From NCBI GenBank assembly GCA_965203225.1, contig CBDBBW010000007.1:7122-71121 (forward strand): a stretch of 64,000 nucleotides of DNA. The letters are read 5' to 3'. The notes beneath the pieces are model-generated. The model made no database searches. It had not been told where the DNA came from and saw only the letters and a list, made by a program, of their open reading frames with translations. Both the position numbers and the translations under genes were made by a program. This DNA comes from Bdellovibrionales bacterium (GTDB lineage: Bacteria; Bdellovibrionota; Bdellovibrionia; Bdellovibrionales; UBA1609). Numbering within the stretch: the first letter of the stretch is position 1; each line of letters begins with the position of its first letter. Below, one piece after another: positions 44,279 through 54,257 of this stretch.

Positions 44279-45937
44279 TCAATTTTTATTTTCAAAATAA
44301 ATGTTATAAAAAGATTTGGATCCAAAAGGTGCATGAATGTAACCTTTCACTTTTTTCAACATGGCCGTATAATCGTAAGTGTGCGCCAAAGTGACCCAAG
44401 GGGCTTCCTTTTTAAAAAGAACCTGTGCTTTTTTATACAAATCACTTCTTATTGCCCGGCGATTTATCTGAAGAGCCTTCGTAATTAAACGATCAAACGG
44501 AGGATAGCACCAACGAGCCACATTCACTCCTGAAGAAATGGAATTACAGCTTAACAACACTCTTAAAAAATTATCCGGATCCCCGTTGTCGCTGGTCCAG
44601 CCCATTTGAATCATCTCATGCTCCCCTTTGCCGGCCCTGCTGATATAAGTGGGCCAGTCATAACTGACAAGCTGAACTTGAATACCCACTTTCGACAGAT
44701 CTGCCTGCATCAACTCTCCCATTTTTTTTCCATTTGGATTATAGGGCCGGGCAATAGGCAAGGTCCATATAGTAGTTTTAAAACCCTTTTCATAACCGGC
44801 TGACTTTAAAAGCCGACGGGCTTTCATAACGGAATATTCATAATCTTTCACTTGATGATTATAAGACCATAAATTGGCCGGGTACGGATTTTTGGCCAAT
44901 GCCGCCTGCCCCTGATAAATAGCCCGAATATAAAGCGGTCGGTTAAGAGCATGATGAACAGCCTGACGCACTTTCCGATTTTTAAAAGGACCTTTTTGCA
45001 CATTCATAGCCAAGTAAGCAATATTATATCTTTTTCCACCAGCCAATTTAATACGCGGATGCTTTTTCATCGCCGGCAAATCCACAGGGGAAGGCTGGGA
45101 CACCATATCGCATTCTCCGGTTTTTAACTTTTGAAATCGCACATTGCTGTCCAACACAATAGAGGAGATAATTCCTTTTAACCGCGAAGGTCCTCGAAAA
45201 TAGTTTTGATTTTTTTCCAGACGAACTACACTGTCCTTAATGTACTGCTTAAATACAAAAGGGCCTGTCCCCACAGGACGAAAGTCCAAAGCGGACGGAT
45301 TGTTTATCTTCAAAAGATGGTCTGCGTATTCCTGTGATAGAATACTGGAAAATTCCATTGCCAGACTAATTAAAAAAGTGGCGTTTGTTCTGTTTAAAAC
45401 AAATTTGATCGTATAAAGATCCTCCTTGATAATTTTCTTAATCAAGTCCCCCATATTGAGAGAATTAAAATAAGGATAATTTCCACCATTTACCAAGTGA
45501 TAAGAATGCGCTTTGTTTCTTTGCCTCTCAAAAGAGAAAACCACATCATCGGCATTAAAAAAACGGGTAGGTTGAAAATAAGCAGTGGAGTGAAAGGAAA
45601 TATTCTTTCGCAGTTTGAAAGTGTAAGTCAATTTATCCTTCGAGACGGACCAAGAGCGCGCCAGTCCCGGTCTGAGACGGCCATTTTGTTTTTCAAACTC
45701 CAATAGACGATCGTAAATTTCCGTACTGATATCAAAAGAAGGACCATCCGAAGCCAACTGGGGATTAAAAAAACTGGGACTTCCTTCAGCACAATAAATA
45801 AGTTTTTTTTCTTTTGCAAAACAAACAGAAGAAAAAAAGAAAAACATCAACCCGCCGGAATACAAAAAATATTTACATTTACACCTGTCTGATATGAATT
45901 GGAAAAGCTCCTCTTTTATCAGTTTAAGGTTATTCAT
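44279..45937 (-). CDS. dppA: Peptide/nickel ABC transporter substrate-binding protein (family 5, DppA/OppA-like)
   Basis: 552-aa SBP_bac_5-type sequence with an N-terminal signal anchor. Confidence 0.85.
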   Translation of the reverse strand: MNNLKLIKEELFQFISDRCKCKYFLYSGGLMFFFFSSVCFAKEKKLIYCAEGSPSFFNPQLASDGPSFDISTEIYDRLLEFEKQNGRLRPGLARSWSVSKDKLTYTFKLRKNISFHSTAYFQPTRFFNADDVVFSFERQRNKAHSYHLVNGGNYPYFNSLNMGDLIKKIIKEDLYTIKFVLNRTNATFLISLAMEFSSILSQEYADHLLKINNPSALDFRPVGTGPFVFKQYIKDSVVRLEKNQNYFRGPSRLKGIISSIVLDSNVRFQKLKTGECDMVSQPSPVDLPAMKKHPRIKLAGGKRYNIAYLAMNVQKGPFKNRKVRQAVHHALNRPLYIRAIYQGQAALAKNPYPANLWSYNHQVKDYEYSVMKARRLLKSAGYEKGFKTTIWTLPIARPYNPNGKKMGELMQADLSKVGIQVQLVSYDWPTYISRAGKGEHEMIQMGWTSDNGDPDNFLRVLLSCNSISSGVNVARWCYPPFDRLITKALQINRRAIRSDLYKKAQVLFKKEAPWVTLAHTYDYTAMLKKVKGYIHAPFGSKSFYNIYFENKN

Positions 45938-46622
45938 CGTCCGTCACACTCCAGTCAATTTCCTCTTTCCCGTGTACTTTTAGATAAGCATTGGCTTTGG
46001 AAAAATGAGCGCAACCGAAAAAACCCCGATCAGCAGAAAAAGGGGACGGGTGAGGAGCTTTTAATACAAGGTGCTTTTCCATATCAACAAAAGCGCCTTT
46101 TTTTTGAGCAAAACTGCCCCACAACATAAATACCAGATGTTTTCTCTTCTTATTCAACAAATCAATAACCCGATCCGTAAAAATCTCCCAGCCCTTATTT
46201 TGATGAGAACCGGCCCGGCCCGCCTCCACTGTCAAAGCGGCGTTTAAAAGCAACACCCCCTGTCTGGCCCAGGAAGTTAAACAGCCGTGCCGGGGCTGTG
46301 GAATGCTTAAGTCTGTTTGCAGTTCCTTAAAAATATTCACCAAAGAGGGAGGGATTGCCACAGAAGGCCGAACAGAAAAACAAAGGCCATGCGCCTGACG
46401 AGGGCCATGATAAGGGTCCTGACCCAAAATCACCACTTTTACCTGTTCAAACGCTACAGCATCAAAAGCGGAAAAATATTCTTCAGGACGAGGATAAATA
46501 TTTTTTTTTGATTTAAGCTCCCGAACCAAAAAGCTCTTCAATTCCCGCATATAAGGTTCACTAAATTCAGGAAGTAAATGCTTTTTCCAGCTTTCAGATA
46601 AACGAATTGGAGTTTTTTGCAT
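45930..46622 (-). CDS. ung: Uracil-DNA glycosylase
   Basis: GQDPYH water-activating loop and HPSPFSA. 8-nt ATGAATAA overlap with dppA. Confidence 0.95.
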   Translation of the reverse strand: MQKTPIRLSESWKKHLLPEFSEPYMRELKSFLVRELKSKKNIYPRPEEYFSAFDAVAFEQVKVVILGQDPYHGPRQAHGLCFSVRPSVAIPPSLVNIFKELQTDLSIPQPRHGCLTSWARQGVLLLNAALTVEAGRAGSHQNKGWEIFTDRVIDLLNKKRKHLVFMLWGSFAQKKGAFVDMEKHLVLKAPHPSPFSADRGFFGCAHFSKANAYLKVHGKEEIDWSVTDDE

Positions 46623-46740
46623 AAAATCTTATATTATGTATTAAAATTTGTTTTTGCATGTAATATTTATACAATTACCTATCAAAAATAAATAATATTG
46701 TCATTAGTATTATGATCCCTCATTTAAACCCGGCGAACAC

Positions 46741-47133
46741 TTGACAAAACAGACACAAATCACCACTCTATATGATATATTTATGAAAAATAAAAAAGAA
46801 AACACCTTTTTAGAGCCATCAGGAGAAGAAAAAGCTTTTGTATATCAACAAGCTTTGGAGTTGAGTCCTTTATTAAATAAAAAAGCGGGGCCTATTGCCG
46901 TTATTCTGGAAAAAAATAAAAATAAAACCGGTTCCATATATGCCGTCACTTTTATTCTCATTCCCAAAACTTTGAACATAAAAATTCAATCTAAAGGAAA
47001 CAACTTGTTTGATGTTTGTATCAACGCAAAAAATAAAGCTAAAAAAACCATCAGTCAATTAATGAATCAAGTGGAATCTCCCATAAGAGCCCTCCAAATG
47101 GAGCATTTCAAAAAATTTCCCTATCTGCAATAA
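46741..47133 (+). CDS. Hypothetical protein
   Basis: 130-aa ORF with a TTG start (alternative ATG at 46783). No confident family assignment. Confidence 0.45.
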   Translation: MTKQTQITTLYDIFMKNKKENTFLEPSGEEKAFVYQQALELSPLLNKKAGPIAVILEKNKNKTGSIYAVTFILIPKTLNIKIQSKGNNLFDVCINAKNKAKKTISQLMNQVESPIRALQMEHFKKFPYLQ

Positions 47134-47146
47134 CAGCCCCTGCTTC

Positions 47147-47554
47147 TCAATATAATTTTCTTGTGATAGGAGCCTTTCCTGTGTCCGGGGTTTCCTCTCC
47201 GGAAAATTCCTCTCCTATAGGTTCCGTACTATCACCATCTGTATTATCATCTTCCGTACTATCACCATCTGTATTATCATCTTCCGTACTATCACCATCC
47301 GGATTATCATCTTCCGTACTATCACCATCCGGATTATCATCTTCCGTACTGTCGCCGGCCGGATTATCATCGTCCGTGCTATCGCCATCCTTACTGCCGC
47401 CGGTTGTGCTTTGCCCTGACGAGGATTGTGAATGAGATATACTGATACCGGGATCCTTAAACTCCCCTTTCAAAGCTATAGGGGTGCAATTATAAAACAA
47501 AGAAACAATCAGAAAATTCAGGAAAAAAAAGAAAACTGTTTTTATTCTCCACAT
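47147..47554 (-). CDS. Secreted or membrane-anchored acidic repeat protein
   Basis: N-terminal hydrophobic signal. Six 30-bp repeats (47222-47401) encode DGDSTEDDNP-type decapeptides. Confidence 0.6.
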   Translation of the reverse strand: MWRIKTVFFFFLNFLIVSLFYNCTPIALKGEFKDPGISISHSQSSSGQSTTGGSKDGDSTDDDNPAGDSTEDDNPDGDSTEDDNPDGDSTEDDNTDGDSTEDDNTDGDSTEPIGEEFSGEETPDTGKAPITRKLY

Positions 47555-47982
47555 TATGTTTTACCATCCTTAAAAAAAGTTCATTGTCCGGTTTTTCGTA
47601 TTGCTTCGGCGAATCCTTTTTTTTGCAACAAAAAAAAGGAACCAGCACAGCAACTGAAAGAAACCGATAATCTCTTATCGGACTGAATTTACCGGGAATT
47701 AAGTTCTGAACTCTCCTTTTTACAAGGATCCGGGAGTTTAAAAAAACCACTATCTGATTTTAAATACTTAAAATCACTTTGTTTATCCTTAACAGAGAAA
47801 AAAGCTGATAAAAGGGCTCAGCTTTAAAATTTTATCTTTTTAAGAGATTTGTTATATTTTCTCTGACCGGTTGTGCTTTCAACGAAAAGCCTTTAAAAGA
47901 ACCTTATTATAAAAGGACTGCTTTTTTACGACATCGGCTAACGAAGAGGGACAACAAACAATAAAAAAACAAAAGGTAAAAT

Positions 47983-48927
47983 ATGTACACCAACGACAAA
48001 ACAATATGGACAAAAATAAGCGGGGCCGGAAACAGTTTTTGGATTGCCCATTTTCCTCCTCCTATTTCCCCGTCTTTAATTAAAAAGGACTGGCCTCGGG
48101 CGGCCCGGGAGCTTTGCCGTAAAAAAGCGGATGGTCTGGTCGTTTTACTCCCCTCGAAGCTTTGCGATTTCAAGTGGCTTTTTTACAATTCCGACGGCTC
48201 CCCGGCGGAAATGTGCGGCAACGCCGCCTGCTGTGTAACAGACTATGTTTTTAAAAAACAATTGGTGACTTCCGATCGCTCTTCTTTCACTTTTGAAACC
48301 ATTGCACAAAAAATAACCGGAAAACGGGTTAAAGGCTGTACACGCATTTTTCTCCAACAAGATCAAGACATTCAAGGCCCCTTTGAAGCCTCTTTTAACA
48401 AGGAAAGATTTGTCTATATGTTTATCAACAGCGGGGTGCCTCATGCCGTTATTGAAATACCCGAGTGGCCAAAGGATTTAAAAGAATGGAAAAACAAAAA
48501 AGATCAAGCAAAAACTTTAAGAAAAGAAAGCTTCCATCATAAAAATGGAATGAATGTGTCTTTTTACTGCCAAAAAAAAACCGGCAGATATGTTTCCACT
48601 GCTTCACCTTTACAAAACAACAAAGAAAGCCAGGCTGGTGCTTCACCGCCACAAGCAGATAAAGAAAAAAGTGAGCGTCAAAATCCCTTTCACACAGTCC
48701 AATTACGCGCACGAAGTTTTGAAAGAGGAGTGGAGGACTTCACCCCAGCGTGTGGGACCGGTGCTCTGGCGGTGGCCCAAGTATATCGTCACCAATGCGG
48801 TTTCCACTGTCCGGCCATTGAAGTGCAAATGCCAGGCGGATTATTGGAAATAGGTTTTCATCCTGATAAAACCATCTCTCTTATGTCCCCGGTGAAATGG
48901 CTACAGGAAATAAGCACTCCGACATAA
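47983..48927 (+). CDS. dapF: Diaminopimelate epimerase with a ~40-aa low-complexity insertion
   Basis: Both catalytic Cys motifs are present (NSDGSPAEMCGNA and ACGTGALAVA). The insert is at aa ~197-236. Confidence 0.9.
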   Translation: MYTNDKTIWTKISGAGNSFWIAHFPPPISPSLIKKDWPRAARELCRKKADGLVVLLPSKLCDFKWLFYNSDGSPAEMCGNAACCVTDYVFKKQLVTSDRSSFTFETIAQKITGKRVKGCTRIFLQQDQDIQGPFEASFNKERFVYMFINSGVPHAVIEIPEWPKDLKEWKNKKDQAKTLRKESFHHKNGMNVSFYCQKKTGRYVSTASPLQNNKESQAGASPPQADKEKSERQNPFHTVQLRARSFERGVEDFTPACGTGALAVAQVYRHQCGFHCPAIEVQMPGGLLEIGFHPDKTISLMSPVKWLQEISTPT

Positions 48928-49006
48928 AGGTTTTTTTTCCATATCAAACAAGTTAAAATAGAAATTATGATATATCCTCCGCTGGAGAAAAAGGAGAAAA
49001 TAACTG

Positions 49007-50257
49007 ATGAAACACACAAGTAAGGCTCTTCGACCCGCTTTAAAAACCTATCCTTTGAAAATTAAAAAAAAAACTCAGGAAACCAAAGACAGTGTCTCCT
49101 TTGTATTTGAAGTACCTAATGAGTATAAACAGCTATTTCATTATACTCCCGCCCAGTTTCTCACCTTTGATTTTCAAATCAAAGATGAATCTTTTTTAAG
49201 AAGTTATTCCCTTTCCTCCTGCCCTCTTTCAAATGAGGAGCTGAAAACCACAGTGAAAAGAGTGAAAGACGGCGTGGTTTCCAACTATATGATAGACTCT
49301 TTAAAAGAAGGGGACATGCTTCTATCTCGCAAACCCGCCGGTCGGTTTTTCAAACCTCCAAAAGATCTGAAGCCAAAACACTATTTTCTTTTTGCCGGAG
49401 GAAGCGGCATTACCCCTTTGTTTTCCATTATCAAGACAGTGCTTTTAAGTGATGCAGAAAACCAGGTCAGTTTATTCTACGCCAACCGGGACGAGACCTC
49501 CATTATCTATCACAAGCAACTACAGGTTTTGGCCCTTCGGCATAAGCCTCGGCTTCATACCTTACATATTTTAAGCCAGCCAAAAAAAAATGAATACGAT
49601 ATCGTCGGACGGCTCAAAAAAGAACATTTAAAAAAGCTTTTTTCAAACATCACAGTCTCCCATCCCGATCACTTGTATTACTTATGCGGCCCCTTGGGTT
49701 TTATGCAAACCGTACAGGATTTTTTAACTGAAAAAAAAGCCGGTAAAACACAAATACGAAAAGAAAGTTTCTTCTCCAGTACACAAAAAAAACTTTCCGG
49801 CCAATCCTCGGCTCAAAAGAATGTGTCCTCCCCCGCTCCCTTCGAGGCCAACTCTTCCTTCTCCTCCATGTCAGACACAAAACTTTCCACAAAACAGGAA
49901 ACAGATACTCTGAGCCTCCCAAACTCACAGCCGGAAATTCTCCTCACCGGGAAGGAGGGGGAAAGCGAAAAAGCTTCCCCGAAATTCATAAGAGCTTTCA
50001 TCAATGAGGAAACCATTGAAATTGAGGCTCAAGCTGATATTCCCATATTGGAACAACTGCTGTCCGCAGGGCATTCTCCTCCTTTTTCCTGCCTCTCCGG
50101 TTCTTGTATGTCCTGTCTTGCTGTCTTAAAAAAAGGACGGATCAGTCAGGAGGAAAGAGGTATTCTGGAGGAGGAAAATCTAAAAAACCATGAAATGCTA
50201 ACCTGTCAGGCCAAACCGGAATCCCGATTGGTGGAAGTGGATTATGATAATATGTGA
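49007..50257 (+). CDS. Ferredoxin-NAD(P)+ reductase-type oxidoreductase fused to a plant-type 2Fe-2S ferredoxin domain
   Basis: FAD motif RSYSLSS, NAD motif GGSGITP, C-terminal CLSGSCMSC...C cluster. A ~70-aa Ser-rich linker sits between the domains. Confidence 0.8.
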   Translation: MKHTSKALRPALKTYPLKIKKKTQETKDSVSFVFEVPNEYKQLFHYTPAQFLTFDFQIKDESFLRSYSLSSCPLSNEELKTTVKRVKDGVVSNYMIDSLKEGDMLLSRKPAGRFFKPPKDLKPKHYFLFAGGSGITPLFSIIKTVLLSDAENQVSLFYANRDETSIIYHKQLQVLALRHKPRLHTLHILSQPKKNEYDIVGRLKKEHLKKLFSNITVSHPDHLYYLCGPLGFMQTVQDFLTEKKAGKTQIRKESFFSSTQKKLSGQSSAQKNVSSPAPFEANSSFSSMSDTKLSTKQETDTLSLPNSQPEILLTGKEGESEKASPKFIRAFINEETIEIEAQADIPILEQLLSAGHSPPFSCLSGSCMSCLAVLKKGRISQEERGILEEENLKNHEMLTCQAKPESRLVEVDYDNM

Positions 50258-50907
50258 CTCATAAAGTCCTGAATTTGAAGTAAAACGGCGTGAGGAATTT
50301 CATGCCCTCCATCAAAAGAAACAAAGCGCCCTTTCCATCGCAAGGCTTGCAAAAAGTCACACACCTTTTTGGATTCAGGATACAAAAGCAGAGGATCCTC
50401 TTTTCCATGACACTGGAAAAAAGAACCTCCTTGCGAAAAGCCCTGTTTTTCTTTTTCCAGAATTTCCAAAGGAAATAAAGCCCCGGACATCAGCACTAAA
50501 GCACGGGGGGGAGGTTGCATCCTTAAAGCCATATTTAACGCCATAATGGCCCCTTGGGAAAACCCTCCCAAGATAATTTGATCGGAATTCAAATTAAAAG
50601 ACTTTACAAACTCAAGCAGTTGTTGACAGTGTTTCTCTAAATAATAAAGTGATTTTTTATCTGTATGCAACCGATTGTCTTGCGGATTCATTTGCATAGG
50701 AAACCAGGCCCTGCTTCCAAGAACATTATAAGAAGCTTCCAGCTCCAAGGGACTATTAGGAAAAATCCAACGACAGGGAACTGGTAAGGTATGAAAGCCG
50801 CTTAAATCGTTTGCGTTGGCTCCATACCCGTGAAGAAACACGGCACAGGAAGAGAATTTCTTATCCTGATTTTTATCTATGTACTCCACTGCCTGCACTT
50901 TTTTCAA
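50242..50907 (-). CDS. Alpha/beta-hydrolase (carboxylesterase/phospholipase family)
   Basis: GFSQGA nucleophile elbow and C-terminal His region. 16-nt convergent overlap with the upstream reductase gene. Confidence 0.8.
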   Translation of the reverse strand: MKKVQAVEYIDKNQDKKFSSCAVFLHGYGANANDLSGFHTLPVPCRWIFPNSPLELEASYNVLGSRAWFPMQMNPQDNRLHTDKKSLYYLEKHCQQLLEFVKSFNLNSDQIILGGFSQGAIMALNMALRMQPPPRALVLMSGALFPLEILEKEKQGFSQGGSFFQCHGKEDPLLLYPESKKVCDFLQALRWKGRFVSFDGGHEIPHAVLLQIQDFMSHILS

Positions 50908-51140
50908 GTCCCACCTCTCTAAAAAGTTAATTTATAACAACAATAAAACAGAAAAAAGGCAAACTTCAACAGCCTTTCTTTGTCTTCTCTATTCGAAAAA
51001 AATTACCTTGATTATAAAATAAGGTTTTATATAATAACCTGAGTTTGAATTGGCGCTATCAAATTCACTTGCTGAAGACAAGATCAAACACTTTTTTAAA
51101 TCCTGATACAACAAATTTAAACGAAAGGAACACTCACAAT

Positions 51141-52571
51141 ATGTCCCATTTAGTACCTGTAACAGTAGCTTATGGAAACGGCATAGGACCGGAAATCATG
51201 AGGGCTGTACTGCAAATCATATCAGAAGCGGGCGCCCGTATACAGCCGGAGGTGATTGAGATTGGAGAAATCGTCTACAATAAAGGTGTCCCCACCGGCA
51301 TTGAGGAATCCTCCTGGAACTCCCTTTACAAAACAAAAGTGTTTTTAAAAGCTCCTATCACCACTCCCCAGGGCGGCGGATTCAGAAGCTTAAATGTCAC
51401 CGTTCGCCGAAAACTGGGTCTTTACGCCAATATACGCCCCTGTATTTCCTATCATCCCTTTGTTTCAACCAAACATCCTAAAATGAATGTCATCATCATC
51501 AGGGAAAATGAGGAGGATCTTTACACAGGAATGGAATACCGGCAAACCAATGAAATGGTTCAATGTTTGAAACTCATTTCCAAATCCGGTTCCAGAAGAA
51601 TAAACCGCTTTGCCTTTGAGTACGCTCTCAAACACAACCGCCGGAAAGTGACTTGTTTCACAAAAGACAATATTATGAAAAAAACGGATGGGCTTTTCAG
51701 AAAAATTTTTGAAGAAGTGGGGCAACAGTACACAAAACTGGAAAAAGAACACTGGATCGTGGATATTGGTTCAGCCAAGCTGGCGAACTCGCCGGAAAAC
51801 TTTGATGTACTGGTCCTGCCCAATCTGTATGGGGATATTTTATCCGATGTGGCGGCTCAAATCAGCGGTTCTGTGGGCATGGCGGGTTCAGCCAACATCG
51901 GAGAGAAATACGCCATGTTTGAAGCGATTCATGGTTCCGCCCCCCGCCGGGCAAATCAAAACCTTGCCAATCCCTCCGGCCTCCTGCAAGCAGGGATTTT
52001 AATGCTCCTCCACATAGAACAATCCGAGGTAGCGGAGAAAATACAAAACGCCTGGCTGAAAACACTGGAAGACGGTATACACACCTATGATATGTATCAA
52101 GAAAACATAAGCCGGCAAAAAGTGGGTACTTGGGAATTTGCCCAAGCCGTAATTGAACGGCTTGGTGAAAAACCGGAAAAATTAAACCCCGTCTCCTATC
52201 AACAGCAAAATGTGCAAAAGCCACGGGTATTGGAAACGGACTCACCGGAGAAAAAACAACTGGTGGGCGTGGATGTGTTTATTGACAACCCTCACATTTC
52301 TGTCTCCACACTGGCGAAAAATCTACAAAACATAAACACCGGCCTCTTGACACTAAAGTCCATCTCCTCCAGAGGGGTCAATGTCTGGCCGGTCAATTCC
52401 CCTAATGTGCTGTTATCGGATCATTGGTGCTGTCGCTTCATGCATAAAGAGGAATTGTCTCCCATCCAACACCCGGATATTGTCAGGTTGTTGTCCCAAA
52501 TCCAAACAAAAAATCTGGACTTCACTAAAACAGAAAACTTATATTTATTTAATGAAAAACCGGGTTTTTAA
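51141..52571 (+). CDS. icd: Isocitrate dehydrogenase (isocitrate/isopropylmalate dehydrogenase family, long form)
   Basis: NGIGPEIM, SLNVTVRRKLGLYANIRP, LPNLYGDILSD, AIHGSAP. Start taken at MSHLVPV. Confidence 0.88.
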   Translation: MSHLVPVTVAYGNGIGPEIMRAVLQIISEAGARIQPEVIEIGEIVYNKGVPTGIEESSWNSLYKTKVFLKAPITTPQGGGFRSLNVTVRRKLGLYANIRPCISYHPFVSTKHPKMNVIIIRENEEDLYTGMEYRQTNEMVQCLKLISKSGSRRINRFAFEYALKHNRRKVTCFTKDNIMKKTDGLFRKIFEEVGQQYTKLEKEHWIVDIGSAKLANSPENFDVLVLPNLYGDILSDVAAQISGSVGMAGSANIGEKYAMFEAIHGSAPRRANQNLANPSGLLQAGILMLLHIEQSEVAEKIQNAWLKTLEDGIHTYDMYQENISRQKVGTWEFAQAVIERLGEKPEKLNPVSYQQQNVQKPRVLETDSPEKKQLVGVDVFIDNPHISVSTLAKNLQNINTGLLTLKSISSRGVNVWPVNSPNVLLSDHWCCRFMHKEELSPIQHPDIVRLLSQIQTKNLDFTKTENLYLFNEKPGF

Positions 52572-52573
52572 TA

Positions 52574-53077
52574 TTGTTGATTGCCCATCGATCAGGAAAA
52601 AAAGTGAATCTCTTATTTGTCTGCCTTGGAAACATCTGCCGATCCCCTGCCGCGGAAGCTATTATGAACAAGCTCATTGACGAAGCGAGCTTGACGGATC
52701 AAATTACTTGTGACTCCGCCGGCACCTCCCAATATCACGCCGGCCGGCCGGCGGATTTCAGGATGAAAAAAGAGGCTCAAGCCAAAGGATACAATATTAA
52801 TAGCATCAGCCGAGCTTTTGAAATGAAGGATTTTGATGATTTTGACTGGATTATCACAATGGATGATTCTAATTATGAAAATATTATGTCTTTGGCAAAA
52901 AAAACAGAACACAGAAAAAAAATTTTAAAAATGGCCGGCTTTTGCAAAACAAAAACCTGCCACTTTATCCCCGACCCTTATCATGGGGAGTCTCAAAGCT
53001 TTGCGAATGTTATTTCCCTGATGGAAGACAGTTGTTTAAACCTGTTAAAAAAAATCAAATCAGAACAAAATGTATAA
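52574..53077 (+). CDS. Low-molecular-weight protein-tyrosine phosphatase
   Basis: CLGNICRS P-loop (CX5R-S) and DPY motif near the C-terminus. The start is uncertain (TTG 52574 or GTG 52604). Confidence 0.85.
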   Translation: MLIAHRSGKKVNLLFVCLGNICRSPAAEAIMNKLIDEASLTDQITCDSAGTSQYHAGRPADFRMKKEAQAKGYNINSISRAFEMKDFDDFDWIITMDDSNYENIMSLAKKTEHRKKILKMAGFCKTKTCHFIPDPYHGESQSFANVISLMEDSCLNLLKKIKSEQNV

Positions 53078-53092
53078 AATGAAACAGCATTG

Positions 53093-53977
53093 CTATAACT
53101 TGCTTCTTCGTAAAGATATTTTCTCATCATAGGATTCATAGCGGCCTTTATTGTTTTTTCGGATACGTGTGCAGGCTCTGTCTTTATCATGCGTGAAAAA
53201 AACCAGCCAGTTTTCCTTTTCCGCTCTTTCATATATATTTTGCTTTTCGTCTATCAGCTTTTCCGGCCAACGATCGTAACCCATAGTAACCGGCAGATGC
53301 ACCCAGGCTTTACCCGGGATTAGATCCCCGGCAAAAAAAATTTTTCTTCCTTTTTCATCCTGAAACAAAGTGTGCATTTGTCCCGGAGTATGCCCTTCCG
53401 TAAAAACAAAAGATATATATTTGTCCAAAACCCCATGCAGTTTATCCTCTTCCACAATAATCAAGCGACTGCTTTGCTTCAACTGATCAGTCAAACCGGG
53501 AATAAAAGAGGCTCGATCTCTTAAATGCGGACGACAGGCTCTCTCAAAAGCCTCTCTCCCCACCACATAACGAGCTTTTGGAAAACAAAGAGTTGTCCTG
53601 CCTTTACTGATCTCCGTATAAGAGGGCAAAAGACCTCCGGCGTGATCAAAGTGCAGATGCGACAAAATCACATAATCAATTTCCTCTTCCCTTATATTTA
53701 AGTCGGCCAGATTTTTCAACAGTTCATGGCTTTCCGGGTTCTGAACACCGTACCGCCTGGATAGTTCAGGCTCAAAAAAAGCCCCTATGCCGGTCTCACA
53801 CAAAATTTTCCATTCTCCCACTTCCACTAACAAAGACCGACAAGCCAAATGAATACGTCCTTCAACATCCGGCGCTTGCCAACGGGACCAAAGCGCCCTT
53901 GGAACATGGCCAAACATGGCGCCCCCGTCTAAACGCTGGCTGTTTCCCTCCACAGAGGAAAATAAAACCGCTTCCAT
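53093..53977 (-). CDS. MBL-fold metallo-hydrolase
   Basis: HLHFDHAGG (HxHxDH) motif plus downstream His/Asp ligands. Confidence 0.85.
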   Translation of the reverse strand: MEAVLFSSVEGNSQRLDGGAMFGHVPRALWSRWQAPDVEGRIHLACRSLLVEVGEWKILCETGIGAFFEPELSRRYGVQNPESHELLKNLADLNIREEEIDYVILSHLHFDHAGGLLPSYTEISKGRTTLCFPKARYVVGREAFERACRPHLRDRASFIPGLTDQLKQSSRLIIVEEDKLHGVLDKYISFVFTEGHTPGQMHTLFQDEKGRKIFFAGDLIPGKAWVHLPVTMGYDRWPEKLIDEKQNIYERAEKENWLVFFTHDKDRACTRIRKNNKGRYESYDEKISLRRSKL

Positions 53978-54257
53978 ATTTTATACCCGCTTACCTGTAA
54001 AGTTTTTTTACTGTGTAAAAAAACCACCTTTTTTGATAATCCACTGATACAAATAAATTTAGTTAAAATAACAGGAAAAAGCAAACTGTAAAAATATTAA
54101 TTTTAAAGTGATTCTTCTGGAAAAATCCAGAAATGACATTTTTTTCAAAAAGGCAGGAAAGCATTATTTTTAAAGTAGTGTCATTTTACTATTTTTTTGA
54201 CTCTCCTCCCATAGAAGTTTAAAAAGCTCATAAGCTAAAACAAAATAAACTTAAGTT

